NCBI GenBank assembly: GCA_031290095.1 | Contig: JAITOF010000045.1 | Coordinates: 5,538-69,537 of the forward strand | DNA from: Candidatus Methanoplasma porotermitis | GTDB taxonomy: Archaea > Thermoplasmatota > Thermoplasmata > Methanomassiliicoccales > Methanomethylophilaceae | Length of the DNA stretch: 64,000 bases | Direction: 5' to 3' | Shown here: one piece after another, positions 28,204 to 38,205 of the stretch | Layout of the letters: each line of letters opens with the position of its first letter | Numbering within the stretch: position 1 is the stretch's first letter | The notes under the pieces: generated by a model | The model's database searches: none | Told to the model about the DNA's origin: nothing | Seen by the model: the letters and a program-made list of their open reading frames with translations, nothing else | Made by a program: the position numbers and the translations under genes

Positions 28204-29571
28204 ATGGAAGACTCCATATGTCCTCTTGACTACCGCTACGGGCGCAGGGAGATGAAAGCAATCTTCTCTGAGAAGGGACGCATCCAGTATCAGATGGATG
28301 TCGAGGCTGCTTTGGCCCGGGCGCATGCATCGCTCGGCACGATACCTGGATCGGACGCCGATGAAATATGCCGCGTGGCATCTCTCGCCGTCGTCAGCGT
28401 CTCTCGCATAAAAGAAATCGAGAAGGACACGAACCACGACCTCATGGCGATGGTGAAGGCGATGACGGAGAAATGCGCTGGAAGCGCAGGAAAATACGTC
28501 CATCTGGGTGCGACTTCCAACGACATCGTGGACACTGCCGCCGCCCTGCAGATCAAAGCCGCATTGGAGATCATCCAGAGCGATATCGATGCGTTGCTCC
28601 TTACGTTCGCCAAGCTTGCGAAGAGGGAGAGGGACACGCTTCAGATGGGCAGGACCCACGCGCAGTTCGCCATACCCATAACGTTCGGTTTCAAAATCGC
28701 AGGATACATCGCCGAACTGTTCAGGCACCGCGAGAGGCTCTTTGAAATGACGCCGCGCATATGCGCGGGAAAGATGGCGGGCGCCGTGGGTACCGGAGCC
28801 GCCCTCGGAAAGAACTTCTTCAGGATACAGATAGACGTCATGATGGATCTTGGCCTCACATATGAGCCGGCCGCGACGCAGGTCGTCGGACGAGACAGGT
28901 ACACCGAGCTCATATGCCTGCTTGCCAACATCGCAACCTCGCTCGAAAGATACGGCACCGAAGTCAGGAACCTTCAGAGGTCGGAGATAGCAGAGGTCTC
29001 GGAACCGTTCGACTCCGCAAAGCAGGTCGGCAGCTCCACCATGGCCCAGAAACGCAACCCCATCAACTCGGAGAACGTCACCGGCTTGGCAAGGGTCCTC
29101 AGGGGATTCGTGATCCCCACGTTCGAGAACCAAGTGCTGTGGCATGAGAGAGACCTCTCAAACTCCTCTGCGGAGCGCTTCACCATACCTCACGTGTTCG
29201 TCATACTTGACGAGATGCTCGTGAAAATGAACAAAGTGTTCGGCGGGCTCGAGGTGCATTCTGAAAAGATGCTCGTCAACATAGAATCCGCAAAAGGCCT
29301 GATAATGGCAGAGCCCGTGATGATGAGGCTCACTGAGAAGGGAGTCGGCCGCCAAGACGCCCATGAGATCGTGAGGGGGGCGTCCATGAGGGCCGTCAAA
29401 GACGGCATCGACCTGATACAGGCACTCCTCGACAGAGACGACGTCATGGCCGTCCTGTCCGAGGAGGAGCTCTCTGCCGTCATGGACCCCGCGAGTTACG
29501 TAGGCGGGGCCCGCGAGATCGTAGACAAGATGGTCGGCAACGTGGAAGAAGCCTTGGGGAAGAAGGTATGA
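28204..29571 (+). CDS. purB: adenylosuccinate lyase
   Basis: Fumarate-lyase signature VGSSTMAQKRNPINSE and N-terminal ICPLDYRYG. About 455 aa. Confidence 0.9.
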   Translation: MEDSICPLDYRYGRREMKAIFSEKGRIQYQMDVEAALARAHASLGTIPGSDADEICRVASLAVVSVSRIKEIEKDTNHDLMAMVKAMTEKCAGSAGKYVHLGATSNDIVDTAAALQIKAALEIIQSDIDALLLTFAKLAKRERDTLQMGRTHAQFAIPITFGFKIAGYIAELFRHRERLFEMTPRICAGKMAGAVGTGAALGKNFFRIQIDVMMDLGLTYEPAATQVVGRDRYTELICLLANIATSLERYGTEVRNLQRSEIAEVSEPFDSAKQVGSSTMAQKRNPINSENVTGLARVLRGFVIPTFENQVLWHERDLSNSSAERFTIPHVFVILDEMLVKMNKVFGGLEVHSEKMLVNIESAKGLIMAEPVMMRLTEKGVGRQDAHEIVRGASMRAVKDGIDLIQALLDRDDVMAVLSEEELSAVMDPASYVGGAREIVDKMVGNVEEALGKKV

Positions 29572-29753
29572 CCCCGACCTCGGAGCGAAAACGAACGAAC
29601 ATGAGGCACGGGGCCATTCTGGGCGCCGTCGTCGGAGTGGCGCTGTTCGCCATGTTCTATTGGATGGGGGGAGGCGTCGGGAGCATGCTGATAATCCCGT
29701 TCGCGGCAGTCATGGGATTTGCCATGCAGTACGTCAAGGTCGAAGAAGAGTGA
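29568..29753 (+). CDS. small two-TM membrane protein
   Basis: 61-aa ORF overlapping the purB stop (ATGA). It has a basic N-terminus followed by two Gly-rich hydrophobic segments. Confidence 0.35.
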   Translation: MTPTSERKRTNMRHGAILGAVVGVALFAMFYWMGGGVGSMLIIPFAAVMGFAMQYVKVEEE

Positions 29754-29901
29754 CCTACCGGAAGGATTTGCACATTAAGGGGCCTCTTTCCCTTGTCCGC
29801 TGATCGCGTCAAACCGCTGTTTGCCTGAGTCTCTGTTCATGTCGCACGGATTATCAACTGTTGACTTTTGAATCCGATACCCGAGACCGAAATCATTATA
29901 T

Positions 29902-29910
29902 CCCCCCCCC
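29902..29910 (+). repeat. C9 homopolymer tract 10 nt upstream of a small zinc-ribbon gene
   Basis: Read directly (tataTCCCCCCCCCatcagaaagtATG). Confidence 0.85.
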
Positions 29911-29920
29911 ATCAGAAAGT

Positions 29921-30130
29921 ATGTCGGAGTTACGTTACTGTCCAAAATGTGGGAAAAACACATATCTCAAGGTCAAAATCAACTGGATAATCTTTATACT
30001 CCTCTTGATTTTCACGATTGTACTTGGCTTAGTATATCTTCTGTACTGCGTGCTTGCCAAGCCCAAGGTCTGCGAGCAATGCAAGACCCGGGCCAATGCG
30101 ATGGAGCCCCCCAGATTCAACGCCCAATGA
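29921..30130 (+). CDS. small zinc-ribbon membrane protein with LITAF-like architecture
   Basis: MSELRYCPKCGKNTYLKVKINWIIFILLLIFTIVLGLVYLLYCVLAKPKVCEQCKTRA has a CxxC knuckle, a hydrophobic helix and then a second CxxC knuckle. Confidence 0.45.
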   Translation: MSELRYCPKCGKNTYLKVKINWIIFILLLIFTIVLGLVYLLYCVLAKPKVCEQCKTRANAMEPPRFNAQ

Positions 30131-30240
30131 TGGGCTTGCTCTGAATTCCTGTGTCGTCCCATAGGGTTGACCCCATGGGAAATTCCGGCGGGTTGCTCTT
30201 GGCGATTCTCCTCCTTCCGTTGGTACGGTGGCACGTGCGT

Positions 30241-30645
30241 TCAGACCTTGTTTCCAGCTTTTGGCCCGGGCGTGGTGTAGAAGACGTCGGCGATCCTCAG
30301 CTTCAGGAGGTTCTTTGCGGGGAGGGTTTCTTTTCGGGAGTGCGCGAATTGCACCGCCTTCTCATAGTCGGCCCCAGAATTCTCTATCGTCACCGTACCT
30401 TTGATCTGGTAGGAGTCGGGGAACTCGGGGTTCCAGACGTAGAACGACGCGTTCGGGTTCTCCTTAAGGTTCGCCAAGGTCTTGTTCATGAAGTTATCGA
30501 CAATCCACACCGTCTCGTCATCCTGCTGAGGGATCAGCATGCCAATTGGAGCCACATTGGGAATCCCCGCCTTTGACGCCGTGGCGAGAGGGAACGTCTT
30601 GACGCTTGCAATCACTTTTTTAACGTCGTCGTTGAGTTTTACCAT
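30241..30645 (-). CDS. pyridoxamine 5'-phosphate oxidase-like FMN-binding split-barrel protein
   Basis: About 134 aa. The pattern FPLATASKAGIPNVAPIG...WIVDNFMNKTLANLKENP...YQIKGTV is typical of this family. Confidence 0.6.
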   Translation of the reverse strand: MVKLNDDVKKVIASVKTFPLATASKAGIPNVAPIGMLIPQQDDETVWIVDNFMNKTLANLKENPNASFYVWNPEFPDSYQIKGTVTIENSGADYEKAVQFAHSRKETLPAKNLLKLRIADVFYTTPGPKAGNKV

Positions 30646-30779
30646 GATGTCGAATGTAGTTTCTACAATAAATCATATCGCTGCACATGGTGGCCGCATC
30701 GCCCTTGATCAACGTTCGAAAGATTTTAAAGCCGAGAATGAAACCATGAATTTATATACGTCCAAAATTTCTTCACTCC

Positions 30780-31166
30780 ATGGCGAAGAATGACGGCGAC
30801 AAGCCCGGTCTAGGGCGCAGCCTGGTAATGGGGATTCTGTTTACTTTGGTATTGCTGATCATCGTCCCAGCGGTTTGCGGACACTTCCTTTCCAAATACG
30901 TCGTCGATATCGTCGGCGACACCGAGCTTTTGAACATGTCCTCGGCCGTGCTCGTGAACCTCGTCATGTGGCTGATAATCATCGGGTTCACCTTCGCCCT
31001 TGGAGGGGGGCGCATACTGAAGAAGTACGGCGTAGTAGGCATCGTGGGCCTGCTTGTCGCATATTACCTCCTTGACGACCTTAAAGGCGGCATATTCGCA
31101 GTAATAACCCTGATTGTAGTCAGCGTCCTCATCTACCTGATTAAAAAGAAGCTTAAGAAGACGTGA
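30780..31166 (+). CDS. hypothetical polytopic membrane protein
   Basis: 128 aa with four hydrophobic segments and a basic C-terminus KKKLKKT. Confidence 0.45.
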   Translation: MAKNDGDKPGLGRSLVMGILFTLVLLIIVPAVCGHFLSKYVVDIVGDTELLNMSSAVLVNLVMWLIIIGFTFALGGGRILKKYGVVGIVGLLVAYYLLDDLKGGIFAVITLIVVSVLIYLIKKKLKKT

Positions 31167-31396
31167 GCAACCGCCGTCATCTATGAGGCTCCGACTGCCT
31201 CGTGGCTCCAGATGCGGCATCCTAACGCCTTTCCATGATGAGCCGGCGTTCTGCGTAATGCGTCGAGGTTCGTTGCGTTCGGTTAAAACGACGGCCATAG
31301 ATCGTTTCGAAGTCGAGAGGTTGCCGCATCGGTTGCGGTCCGGCGCCCGTACAACATGACTGAAACATTTTTCCGTGTCGCCGTCTATGCAGGCGC

Positions 31397-32026
31397 ATGT
31401 TCGAGTTGTATGTTGTCACCGATGCCGTCATGTCTTGCGGCAGGCCCGATCACGAGGTGGCCCGTTTGGCATACGAAGGCGGCGCAGACGTAGTCCAGCT
31501 TCGAATGAAATGCGCTCCGGCGGGAGACATGCTCAGACAGGCGAGAATCATAAAAGAGACGGCCGACGACCTGTCTAAGCTGTTCATCGTGAACGACAGG
31601 GTGGACATCGCCGTCATTTCAGACGCCGACGGAGTGCATCTGGGGATTTCGGACATTCCCGTCGGAGATGCGCGCAAGATGCTTGGCGACGACAAGATAA
31701 TCGGCGCCACCGTCCACAGCCTGCGCGAGGCGGTCATAGCGGCAGAAGCGGGCGCCGACTACCTCAGCGCCGGGTCCGTCTTCACTACCAATACAAAATC
31801 GGATGCCGTGCAGGGTATCGGGCTTGACGTGATATTCGAGATCAAAGAGGCGTTGGACATCCCGTTGATAGCGATCGGAGGCATCGACAAAGGGAACATA
31901 CAGGATGTCATCAGGGCAGGTGCGGACGGCATCGCCGTGGTTTCCGCCGTGGTATCGAAACCTGACATCTCTGCCGCTGTGCACGAACTCAGAGACATGA
32001 TATTGAAAGTAAGACCAAATATCTGA
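31397..32026 (+). CDS. thiE: thiamine-phosphate synthase
   Basis: Motifs [37 protein letters not shown] and IAIGGI. Confidence 0.85.
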   Translation: MFELYVVTDAVMSCGRPDHEVARLAYEGGADVVQLRMKCAPAGDMLRQARIIKETADDLSKLFIVNDRVDIAVISDADGVHLGISDIPVGDARKMLGDDKIIGATVHSLREAVIAAEAGADYLSAGSVFTTNTKSDAVQGIGLDVIFEIKEALDIPLIAIGGIDKGNIQDVIRAGADGIAVVSAVVSKPDISAAVHELRDMILKVRPNI

Positions 32027-32049
32027 TATTGCTATGGAGTGATGATACA

Positions 32050-32244
32050 ATGAGAGTCAACGGAGCGGAAGTGAACCTCGATCGGCCCTTCACACTGTCC
32101 GAGTACCTAAAAGCGGCAGGATACGACTGTCTCAGAGTCGCGGCCGAGCTTAACGGCGCGATCGTCCCGCGTGCGAAGTACGATGTCGTCGCCCTTGACG
32201 ACGGAGACAGCCTCGAGATCGTCGGGTTCGTCGGGGGCGGCTGA
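32050..32244 (+). CDS. thiS: sulfur carrier protein ThiS
   Basis: About 64 aa beta-grasp protein beginning MRVNGAEV and ending ...EIVGFVGGG (C-terminal Gly-Gly). Confidence 0.7.
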   Translation: MRVNGAEVNLDRPFTLSEYLKAAGYDCLRVAAELNGAIVPRAKYDVVALDDGDSLEIVGFVGGG

Positions 32245-33047
32245 TGAAGGTCACCGTGAACGGGGTCTGGAAGGAGACTTCGGCCGGCACGGCGTTCATG
32301 CTGAGGGCGGAGACGTTCCCGGACAGGGAAGTCCTGGTGCTGAACGGATTCCAGATAAGCGAAGATGCCGTCCTGCACGACGGCGATCATGTCTATATCG
32401 GAAAGAAGGGGGTCTTCCCTGAGAGAGACGAGTTGCACGCTCTGATGTCGGCCAGGCATACTCCCGGGGTGCATGCCCGGGTTAGCGGCGCCACAGTGGG
32501 CGTGGCGGGGCTGGGGGGCCTCGGATCTAATATAGTCGCCATGCTGGCGCGGCTTGGCGTAGGCCGGCTGGTGATTGCAGATTTCGATGTCATAGAGCCC
32601 ACCAACCTCAACCGCCAGAACTACTATGTCGAGCACATAGGCATGAGCAAGGCGAAGGCTACGGCAGACGCTGTCGGAAGAATCAACCCCTTCATCGAGG
32701 TTGTGACGCATGACGTGAGGATAACGCCGGACAACGCCGCCTCCATGTTCGGAGGATGCGACGTCGTCTGCGAAGCGTTCGACTCCCCTACAGAGAAAGC
32801 GATGATCGTCAACACATTGATGGAAAAATGTCCAGGATTGGCGCTGGTATGCGGTTCCGGCCTTGCAGGGTTCGGGGACTCCAACGACATACACACTGTA
32901 AAAAGAATGGGCAACCTGTACGTATGCGGCGACGGGTTCAGCGCCGCCCGGATAGGGACGGGGCTTATGTCCCCAAGGGTCGGCATATGCGCCGGCCACA
33001 TGGCCAACGCCGTGTTGAGACTGCTGATGGGCGAAGAGATACGATAA
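32244..33047 (+). CDS. thiF: ThiS adenylyltransferase ThiF with an N-terminal ThiS-like beta-grasp extension
   Basis: E1-like Rossmann motif [41 protein letters not shown]. The first ~60 aa (KVTVNG...[20 protein letters not shown]) look like a second ThiS fold without a GG end. Confidence 0.8.
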   Translation: MKVTVNGVWKETSAGTAFMLRAETFPDREVLVLNGFQISEDAVLHDGDHVYIGKKGVFPERDELHALMSARHTPGVHARVSGATVGVAGLGGLGSNIVAMLARLGVGRLVIADFDVIEPTNLNRQNYYVEHIGMSKAKATADAVGRINPFIEVVTHDVRITPDNAASMFGGCDVVCEAFDSPTEKAMIVNTLMEKCPGLALVCGSGLAGFGDSNDIHTVKRMGNLYVCGDGFSAARIGTGLMSPRVGICAGHMANAVLRLLMGEEIR

Positions 33048-33048
33048 C

Positions 33049-33813
33049 ATGGACATGCTGGATCTTGGAGGGAGGAAGTTCAGGTCGAGGTTCATACTCG
33101 GATCTGGAAAATTCTCCCTGGACATGACAAAGAGAGTCATCGAGAGAGGGGGCGTGGAGATAGCCACGCTCGCAGTCAGACGAGCCAACGCCGGGGGAGA
33201 GGAGAACATCCTTGACCACATCCCTGATGGAATAACCCTACTCCCGAACACTTCGGGGGCTAGGAACGCGGAGGAGGCCGTCAGGATAGCTTTGCTTGCG
33301 CGAGAGCTAGGATGCGGGGACATGGTCAAAGTGGAGGTGGTCAGGGATTCGAGATATCTCCTTCCAGACAACCGCGAGACCATAAGGGCGGTAGAGCTTC
33401 TGAGCCGGGAGGGTTTCATCGTGCTCCCGTACATGATGCCCGACCTGTCGGCGGCACGCGACATGGCAACGGCAGGGGCAGCGGCCATAATGCCTCTGGG
33501 GGCGCCCATCGGAAGCAACAAAGGACTTCTCACTAAGGACTTCATCAAGATATTGGTCGATGAGATCGATTTGCCGATAATAGTGGACGCCGGCATCGGC
33601 AGGCCGTCACAGGCATGCGAAGCGATGGAGATCGGATGCGCGGCTGTGATGGCAAACACAGCTATAGCGACCGCAAACGACATACCTCTCATGGCGTCAG
33701 CGTTCAAGACGGCCGTGGAAGCGGGAAGAAAGGCGTATCTCGCCGGTCTGGGAAGGGTCAAGGACCGCGGGGAGGCGTCGAGCCCGCTCACGGGGTTCTT
33801 GGAGGACATATGA
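33049..33813 (+). CDS. thiG: thiazole synthase
   Basis: Motifs LGSGKF, VKVEVV, LPY and [14 protein letters not shown]...VDAGIGRPS. Confidence 0.9.
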   Translation: MDMLDLGGRKFRSRFILGSGKFSLDMTKRVIERGGVEIATLAVRRANAGGEENILDHIPDGITLLPNTSGARNAEEAVRIALLARELGCGDMVKVEVVRDSRYLLPDNRETIRAVELLSREGFIVLPYMMPDLSAARDMATAGAAAIMPLGAPIGSNKGLLTKDFIKILVDEIDLPIIVDAGIGRPSQACEAMEIGCAAVMANTAIATANDIPLMASAFKTAVEAGRKAYLAGLGRVKDRGEASSPLTGFLEDI

Positions 33814-34955
33814 ACCCGTCTGTCGATCGCTCAGAATACTGCGAAGGCATGGAACGTATTGGTTCAGACATAATGGAAAATGTGCTGAGAGGGGCTTTGG
33901 AGTTCGAGCCGTCGACGTTCACAGAGCATGACGTCCGTGCCGCGCTTTCTGACGATTCAGTCGGCGTCAGGGGCTTCGCGGCCTTGTTGTCCCCCGTTGC
34001 CGACAACATGTTGGAGGAAATCGCAGTCCGCGCGAAGGACGAAACGCACCGTCGCTTCGGGAATGCCGTGGGGCTCTTCACGCCGATATACCTGTCAAAC
34101 CACTGCGACGGTGGATGCGTGTACTGCGGATTCAGCAATCGCAGCAAGATAAATAGGATGGCCTTGTCGCCCGAGGATGCGGAAGAGGAGATGCGGGCCG
34201 TGGCCGCCACGGGACTCACGGATGTCCTCCTTCTTACAGGCGAGTCGAGAAGGGAGTCCGGCGTGGGTTACATCGGAGAATGCGTAAGGTCGGCATCCAG
34301 ATATTTTAGGAGCGTCGGAATCGAAGTGTATCCGATGAACACCTCCGAATACGCCTGTCTAAGGGAGTGCGGAGCCGATAGCGTCACCGTGTTCCAGGAG
34401 ACGTACGATCCTAAGAAGTACGCGGAACTCCACCTCTCGGGACAGAAGAGGGTGTTCTCATACAGGTTCGATGCGCAGGAGAGGGCGTTGCTGGGCGGGA
34501 TGAGAGGCGTGTCGTTCGGCGCGTTGCTGGGCCTCGGGGACGTCAGAAAGGATGCGTTCTCATGCGGCCTTCATGCCCATCTTGTCCAGAGGAGGTATCC
34601 TCACGCAGAGATCTCGTTCTCTGTCCCGAGGCTGAGGCCGTTCGTCAACTCCCCGTCGTACGTGAACCCTGTCAGCGAAAGACAGCTGCTCCAAGTGGCG
34701 ATGGCATACAGGATATTCATGCCGTTCGCAGGCATAACCGTCTCGACGAGGGAGTCCCCCTCCTTTAGAAACAACATAATCGGGTTGTGCGCCACTAGAA
34801 TGTCCGCAGGGGTCTCCGTGGGCGTCGGCAACCGCGTCGGCGAAGAGAGCGAAGGGCAGTTCGAGATATCCGACAGGAGAAGCGTTGCCGAGGTGAGGAG
34901 ATCCCTTGAAGAACGGGGGATGCAACCGATATTCAACGATTACGTGAGAACATGA
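33810..34955 (+). CDS. thiH: 2-iminoacetate synthase (tyrosine lyase), radical SAM
   Basis: CxxxCxxC motif [12 protein letters not shown]. About 381 aa. Its ATG overlaps the thiG stop. The ORF-track 5' extension from 33615 lies inside thiG. Confidence 0.85.
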   Translation: MNPSVDRSEYCEGMERIGSDIMENVLRGALEFEPSTFTEHDVRAALSDDSVGVRGFAALLSPVADNMLEEIAVRAKDETHRRFGNAVGLFTPIYLSNHCDGGCVYCGFSNRSKINRMALSPEDAEEEMRAVAATGLTDVLLLTGESRRESGVGYIGECVRSASRYFRSVGIEVYPMNTSEYACLRECGADSVTVFQETYDPKKYAELHLSGQKRVFSYRFDAQERALLGGMRGVSFGALLGLGDVRKDAFSCGLHAHLVQRRYPHAEISFSVPRLRPFVNSPSYVNPVSERQLLQVAMAYRIFMPFAGITVSTRESPSFRNNIIGLCATRMSAGVSVGVGNRVGEESEGQFEISDRRSVAEVRRSLEERGMQPIFNDYVRT

Positions 34956-35575
34956 TCACGGCCATAACCAACAGAGGCATAAGCCTTCGACCGTTTTTGG
35001 AGCAGGTCCGCGCGATAGCCGAGGCAGAACCAGACATGGTTGTTCTGAGAGAGAAGGACCTCCCGCGCAACGAATACGCCGAACTGGCACGTCGGTGCCT
35101 TAGGACTTGCGACGACAACGGGGTCAGGCTTTGCGTCAACACCTTCTCGGACGTCGCCAAGGACATAGGCGTCAGAGACGTTCAGCTTCCTATGCCCGTT
35201 TTCCGTGCCGAGGGGGCGAAAGGGTTCGATAACGTCATAGTGTCCGTCCACTCGCTCGACGAGGCGGTCGAAGCATTCGGCTTGGGCGCCGACATGTTGA
35301 TGTTCGGCAACGTTTTTGAAGCAACATGCAAACCCGGCGCCCCTCCCAAAGGGCTTGACGCGCTGAGGGGCATATGCGACGCCGTTGGGGCGCCTGTCCT
35401 CGCCGTCGGCGGCATAGACGTGTCCAACATGCGCTCCGTCCTGTCGCGCGGCGCCGGCGGGCTGTGCATGATGCATGACTTCATGGAGTCGGAACGTCCT
35501 GGCGAGATCGTGCTTGCATACAGAAAAGTTTGGAAAGAGGCCCGCGGCGGTACGCGGCCTCAATCCTTCCTGTGA
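34952..35575 (+). CDS. second ThiE/TenI-family protein (thiamine-phosphate synthase or thiazole tautomerase-like)
   Basis: TIM-barrel pattern MVVLREKDL, CVNTFSDVA, DVQLP, SVHSLDEA, GADMLMFGNVFEATCKPG and LAVGGI. Its start overlaps the thiH stop. Confidence 0.65.
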   Translation: MITAITNRGISLRPFLEQVRAIAEAEPDMVVLREKDLPRNEYAELARRCLRTCDDNGVRLCVNTFSDVAKDIGVRDVQLPMPVFRAEGAKGFDNVIVSVHSLDEAVEAFGLGADMLMFGNVFEATCKPGAPPKGLDALRGICDAVGAPVLAVGGIDVSNMRSVLSRGAGGLCMMHDFMESERPGEIVLAYRKVWKEARGGTRPQSFL

Positions 35576-38079
35576 AGGAACTTCGGCCCTATCCAGTTCC
35601 AGTCTCCGAGCAGGTGCATCGCCGCAGGCACTATGTACGTCCTGACAACCAACGCGTCCACCAGTATGGCGAAGGCCAGCGCGAACCCGAACTCCCTGAA
35701 CATCACCGTGCCGGACAACATTAGCGTACCGAACGCGCCGCCCATGATCAGCCCGCATATCGTTATGACGGACCCTGAGTGAAGCACCGCCGACGTTATC
35801 GCCTCGTCGTTGGTCATACCCTTGTGACGCACGTTCTCCTTGATACGCGTTGTCAGCAGTATGTCATAATCCATGCCCAGGCCGAGACATATCACCAGCA
35901 AGACTATCGGTATGATCCACATCACGCCGTATCCCAGCATGTCGGAGAACAGCAGGTGCGTCATGCCGATCGTCCAGGCGACGCTCATCAGTATCGTCAG
36001 TATGGAACGTAACGGCGTCAGGTACGCCTTCATGACCAGGAACAGCAACACGAATATCAGAGCTATTGCCAGGATCTCGACCTTGCCGAACTCGCTGCTG
36101 ACCTTCTCCGAGATCTCGAACATCACTGCCGGGGATCCGGTTATCCATGTTTTTGTTACGAGGCCTCCGCTGGAGTCTATGAAGCTGTCCATCTGCCCCT
36201 GCACATGCCTTATCGTTTCCATGGACCGGTCGGACATCGGCTCGCCCTTGGTTATGAGGGTGAAGTTCACATATGTCACTGCAACGCTCCCGTCGTCTCC
36301 TTTGAGCCCGCCGATGGACCTCACGCCGTCATAGTTGACGATGCCGTCCATGACTCCGCCCACGAGCGCGTCGTCGTATTTGACCGGATGCCCCTCTATT
36401 GCCTCGACCTGCGCGACCACGGCGCCTATGACGTCGTCTTTCAGCATTGCCGCCCTGACGGGGGCAGGCAGGCCGTCCAAAGCCTTGCCGTAGACATAGA
36501 TGGCATAATCATGGTCGCTCTTGCCGTCCGTGTTCGGATTCTTCGCCGCCGCGTTCTCCGCAAGCGCCAGCCAGACGTATATCCCCCATACTTCTCCGAT
36601 GTTGTCGTCCGTGAGGGCCTCCGGGAACTTGAGGAGGGTTTGCAGTTTTGCTTCTTCCGTCCAAGCGACCACGGGTATGACCTGGCCCGCCGACGGCATG
36701 AAAGTGACGGTGGCTATCGGGCTGCTGAGCTCCATCAGGAGGTAGTCGGGCATCATCATGCCGCCGTTGCCATATTCCTCGATCTTCTGCATTCCATGGG
36801 CGGCGTCGCCGGTCGAGGTCGTGCTCACCATGTCGTATGACGAGGGGGCGGTGAACGTGATGTACGCCATCGGTATCGTGAAAAGCACCGCCGCGACTAT
36901 GATTACCTTGGCATGCTTGATCGATGTGCGGACCGACCTCTTGAAGTATCTTTCCGACAGCGCGGACATCCTTCCATAGAACCCTTTGTGCGGGTTGTCC
37001 GCCCTTTCGATCTTCGAAGGCCAGAACAGCCGGTCCCCGAACAGAGCGAGGATGGACGTTATGAGCGTGAGGGCCGCTACAAGGGCGAACACGATCCCCA
37101 TTGCAAGCACGATGCCCATCGTGCTTATCATCGAGAACGAGCAGATGGACATGGCTCCGAAGCCTATCATGACCGAGAGCCCCGACGTGGCGATAGACTC
37201 CCCTCCCCAGACGATGGACCTCTTGAGGGCCTCGTCGTGGCCGGCGCCGGCCTTGCGCTCTTCTTTGTATCTCGCCAGTATGAATATGCAGTAGTCGCAC
37301 CCGGCGCCCATCATAGACACCAGCAGGAACATCTCGGCGATATACGACACGCTCATCACGGAGCCTATGAAGTAGAGCCCCATCATCGCCACGCCGAACG
37401 CCACGCCAATCGTTATCGGGGGCATCGCAGAGGTTATGAACGATCTGAAGAACAGGCCAACGAGTATCAGTATGAGGAGGACCGTGAAGGGGTCGATCCT
37501 CGAAAGGTCCTTGGAAGACTCTTTCTGCGTGTCGTAGTTTATCGCAGGCGACCCTGTCACATATGTGACGATTCCTGCGAGCCCGCTGTCGGATGCCGTG
37601 TCGGATATGAAGCCCCGCAGGTTGTCCGTGTCGTCTCTGACGAAGTCGCCGCCGTACGACTGGACGTACTCCACGGCATACAGGACGACGCCCGACCCTC
37701 CGCCGTCTTTGGTGAATACGCCTTCCTCCGCTATGACATCGATCTTCTTGTTCCCGTTCCCGTCCACGAAGCCGTCCTTTCTTTCATTAATCTTCTCGTA
37801 TAGCGTCAATGCGCTCTGATAGCCCTGGGGGGACCGGAATTCGACCGCGATTATGAACCTGTCGTCGCCGTCCGCGCCGGAACTTCCGAAGAACTCCTCC
37901 ATTATCTTCATTCCCTCCACGGATTCGGAGTCCGGGCTGGACATGGAATCCGTTCCATACTCCAAAGACTCGGACACTTTAGAGACGAACGGGAACGCGC
38001 ATATCAGAACCAAGATCCACGCGACTATCACCATCTTGGCATGTTTACGGATAAACTCTGCCAATCCCTCCAATATCAT
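35560..38079 (-). CDS. MMPL/RND-superfamily membrane transporter
   Basis: Two repeated halves, each a large extracytoplasmic loop followed by a 5-TM bundle carrying GAGCDYCIFIL or GLGMDYDILL motifs. The start is taken at MILEGLAEFIRKHAKMVIVAW (38079). The remaining 468 N-terminal codons of the ORF-track entry are antisense to the IDH-family gene. Confidence 0.8.
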   Translation of the reverse strand: MILEGLAEFIRKHAKMVIVAWILVLICAFPFVSKVSESLEYGTDSMSSPDSESVEGMKIMEEFFGSSGADGDDRFIIAVEFRSPQGYQSALTLYEKINERKDGFVDGNGNKKIDVIAEEGVFTKDGGGSGVVLYAVEYVQSYGGDFVRDDTDNLRGFISDTASDSGLAGIVTYVTGSPAINYDTQKESSKDLSRIDPFTVLLILILVGLFFRSFITSAMPPITIGVAFGVAMMGLYFIGSVMSVSYIAEMFLLVSMMGAGCDYCIFILARYKEERKAGAGHDEALKRSIVWGGESIATSGLSVMIGFGAMSICSFSMISTMGIVLAMGIVFALVAALTLITSILALFGDRLFWPSKIERADNPHKGFYGRMSALSERYFKRSVRTSIKHAKVIIVAAVLFTIPMAYITFTAPSSYDMVSTTSTGDAAHGMQKIEEYGNGGMMMPDYLLMELSSPIATVTFMPSAGQVIPVVAWTEEAKLQTLLKFPEALTDDNIGEVWGIYVWLALAENAAAKNPNTDGKSDHDYAIYVYGKALDGLPAPVRAAMLKDDVIGAVVAQVEAIEGHPVKYDDALVGGVMDGIVNYDGVRSIGGLKGDDGSVAVTYVNFTLITKGEPMSDRSMETIRHVQGQMDSFIDSSGGLVTKTWITGSPAVMFEISEKVSSEFGKVEILAIALIFVLLFLVMKAYLTPLRSILTILMSVAWTIGMTHLLFSDMLGYGVMWIIPIVLLVICLGLGMDYDILLTTRIKENVRHKGMTNDEAITSAVLHSGSVITICGLIMGGAFGTLMLSGTVMFREFGFALAFAILVDALVVRTYIVPAAMHLLGDWNWIGPKFLHRKD

Positions 38080-38205
38080 GAGTCGGAAATGGCTTGCCAC
38101 GTAGATTAACCCTTTGTTCAGACAGATTCGCCGAAACCGCGACAGCTTCCGCAAGCCGTCATGAGGCGCAATTAGGTTTATTATCGGCACCGAGATTAGG
38201 AGGTG

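Noticed and set aside
28177-29145. 322-aa minus-strand ORF
   Set aside because: It is antisense to purB, which carries the fumarate-lyase signature. Its composition is Arg/His/Gly-rich and no motif was recognised.
31167-31396. Possible TPP riboswitch in the 230-nt leader of the thi operon
   Set aside because: I could not find the thi-box elements (CUGAGA ... ACCUGAUCUGGAUAAUGCCAGCG-like core). Only a small ccgca-tcggt-tgcgg hairpin is present. An Rfam scan is needed to be sure.
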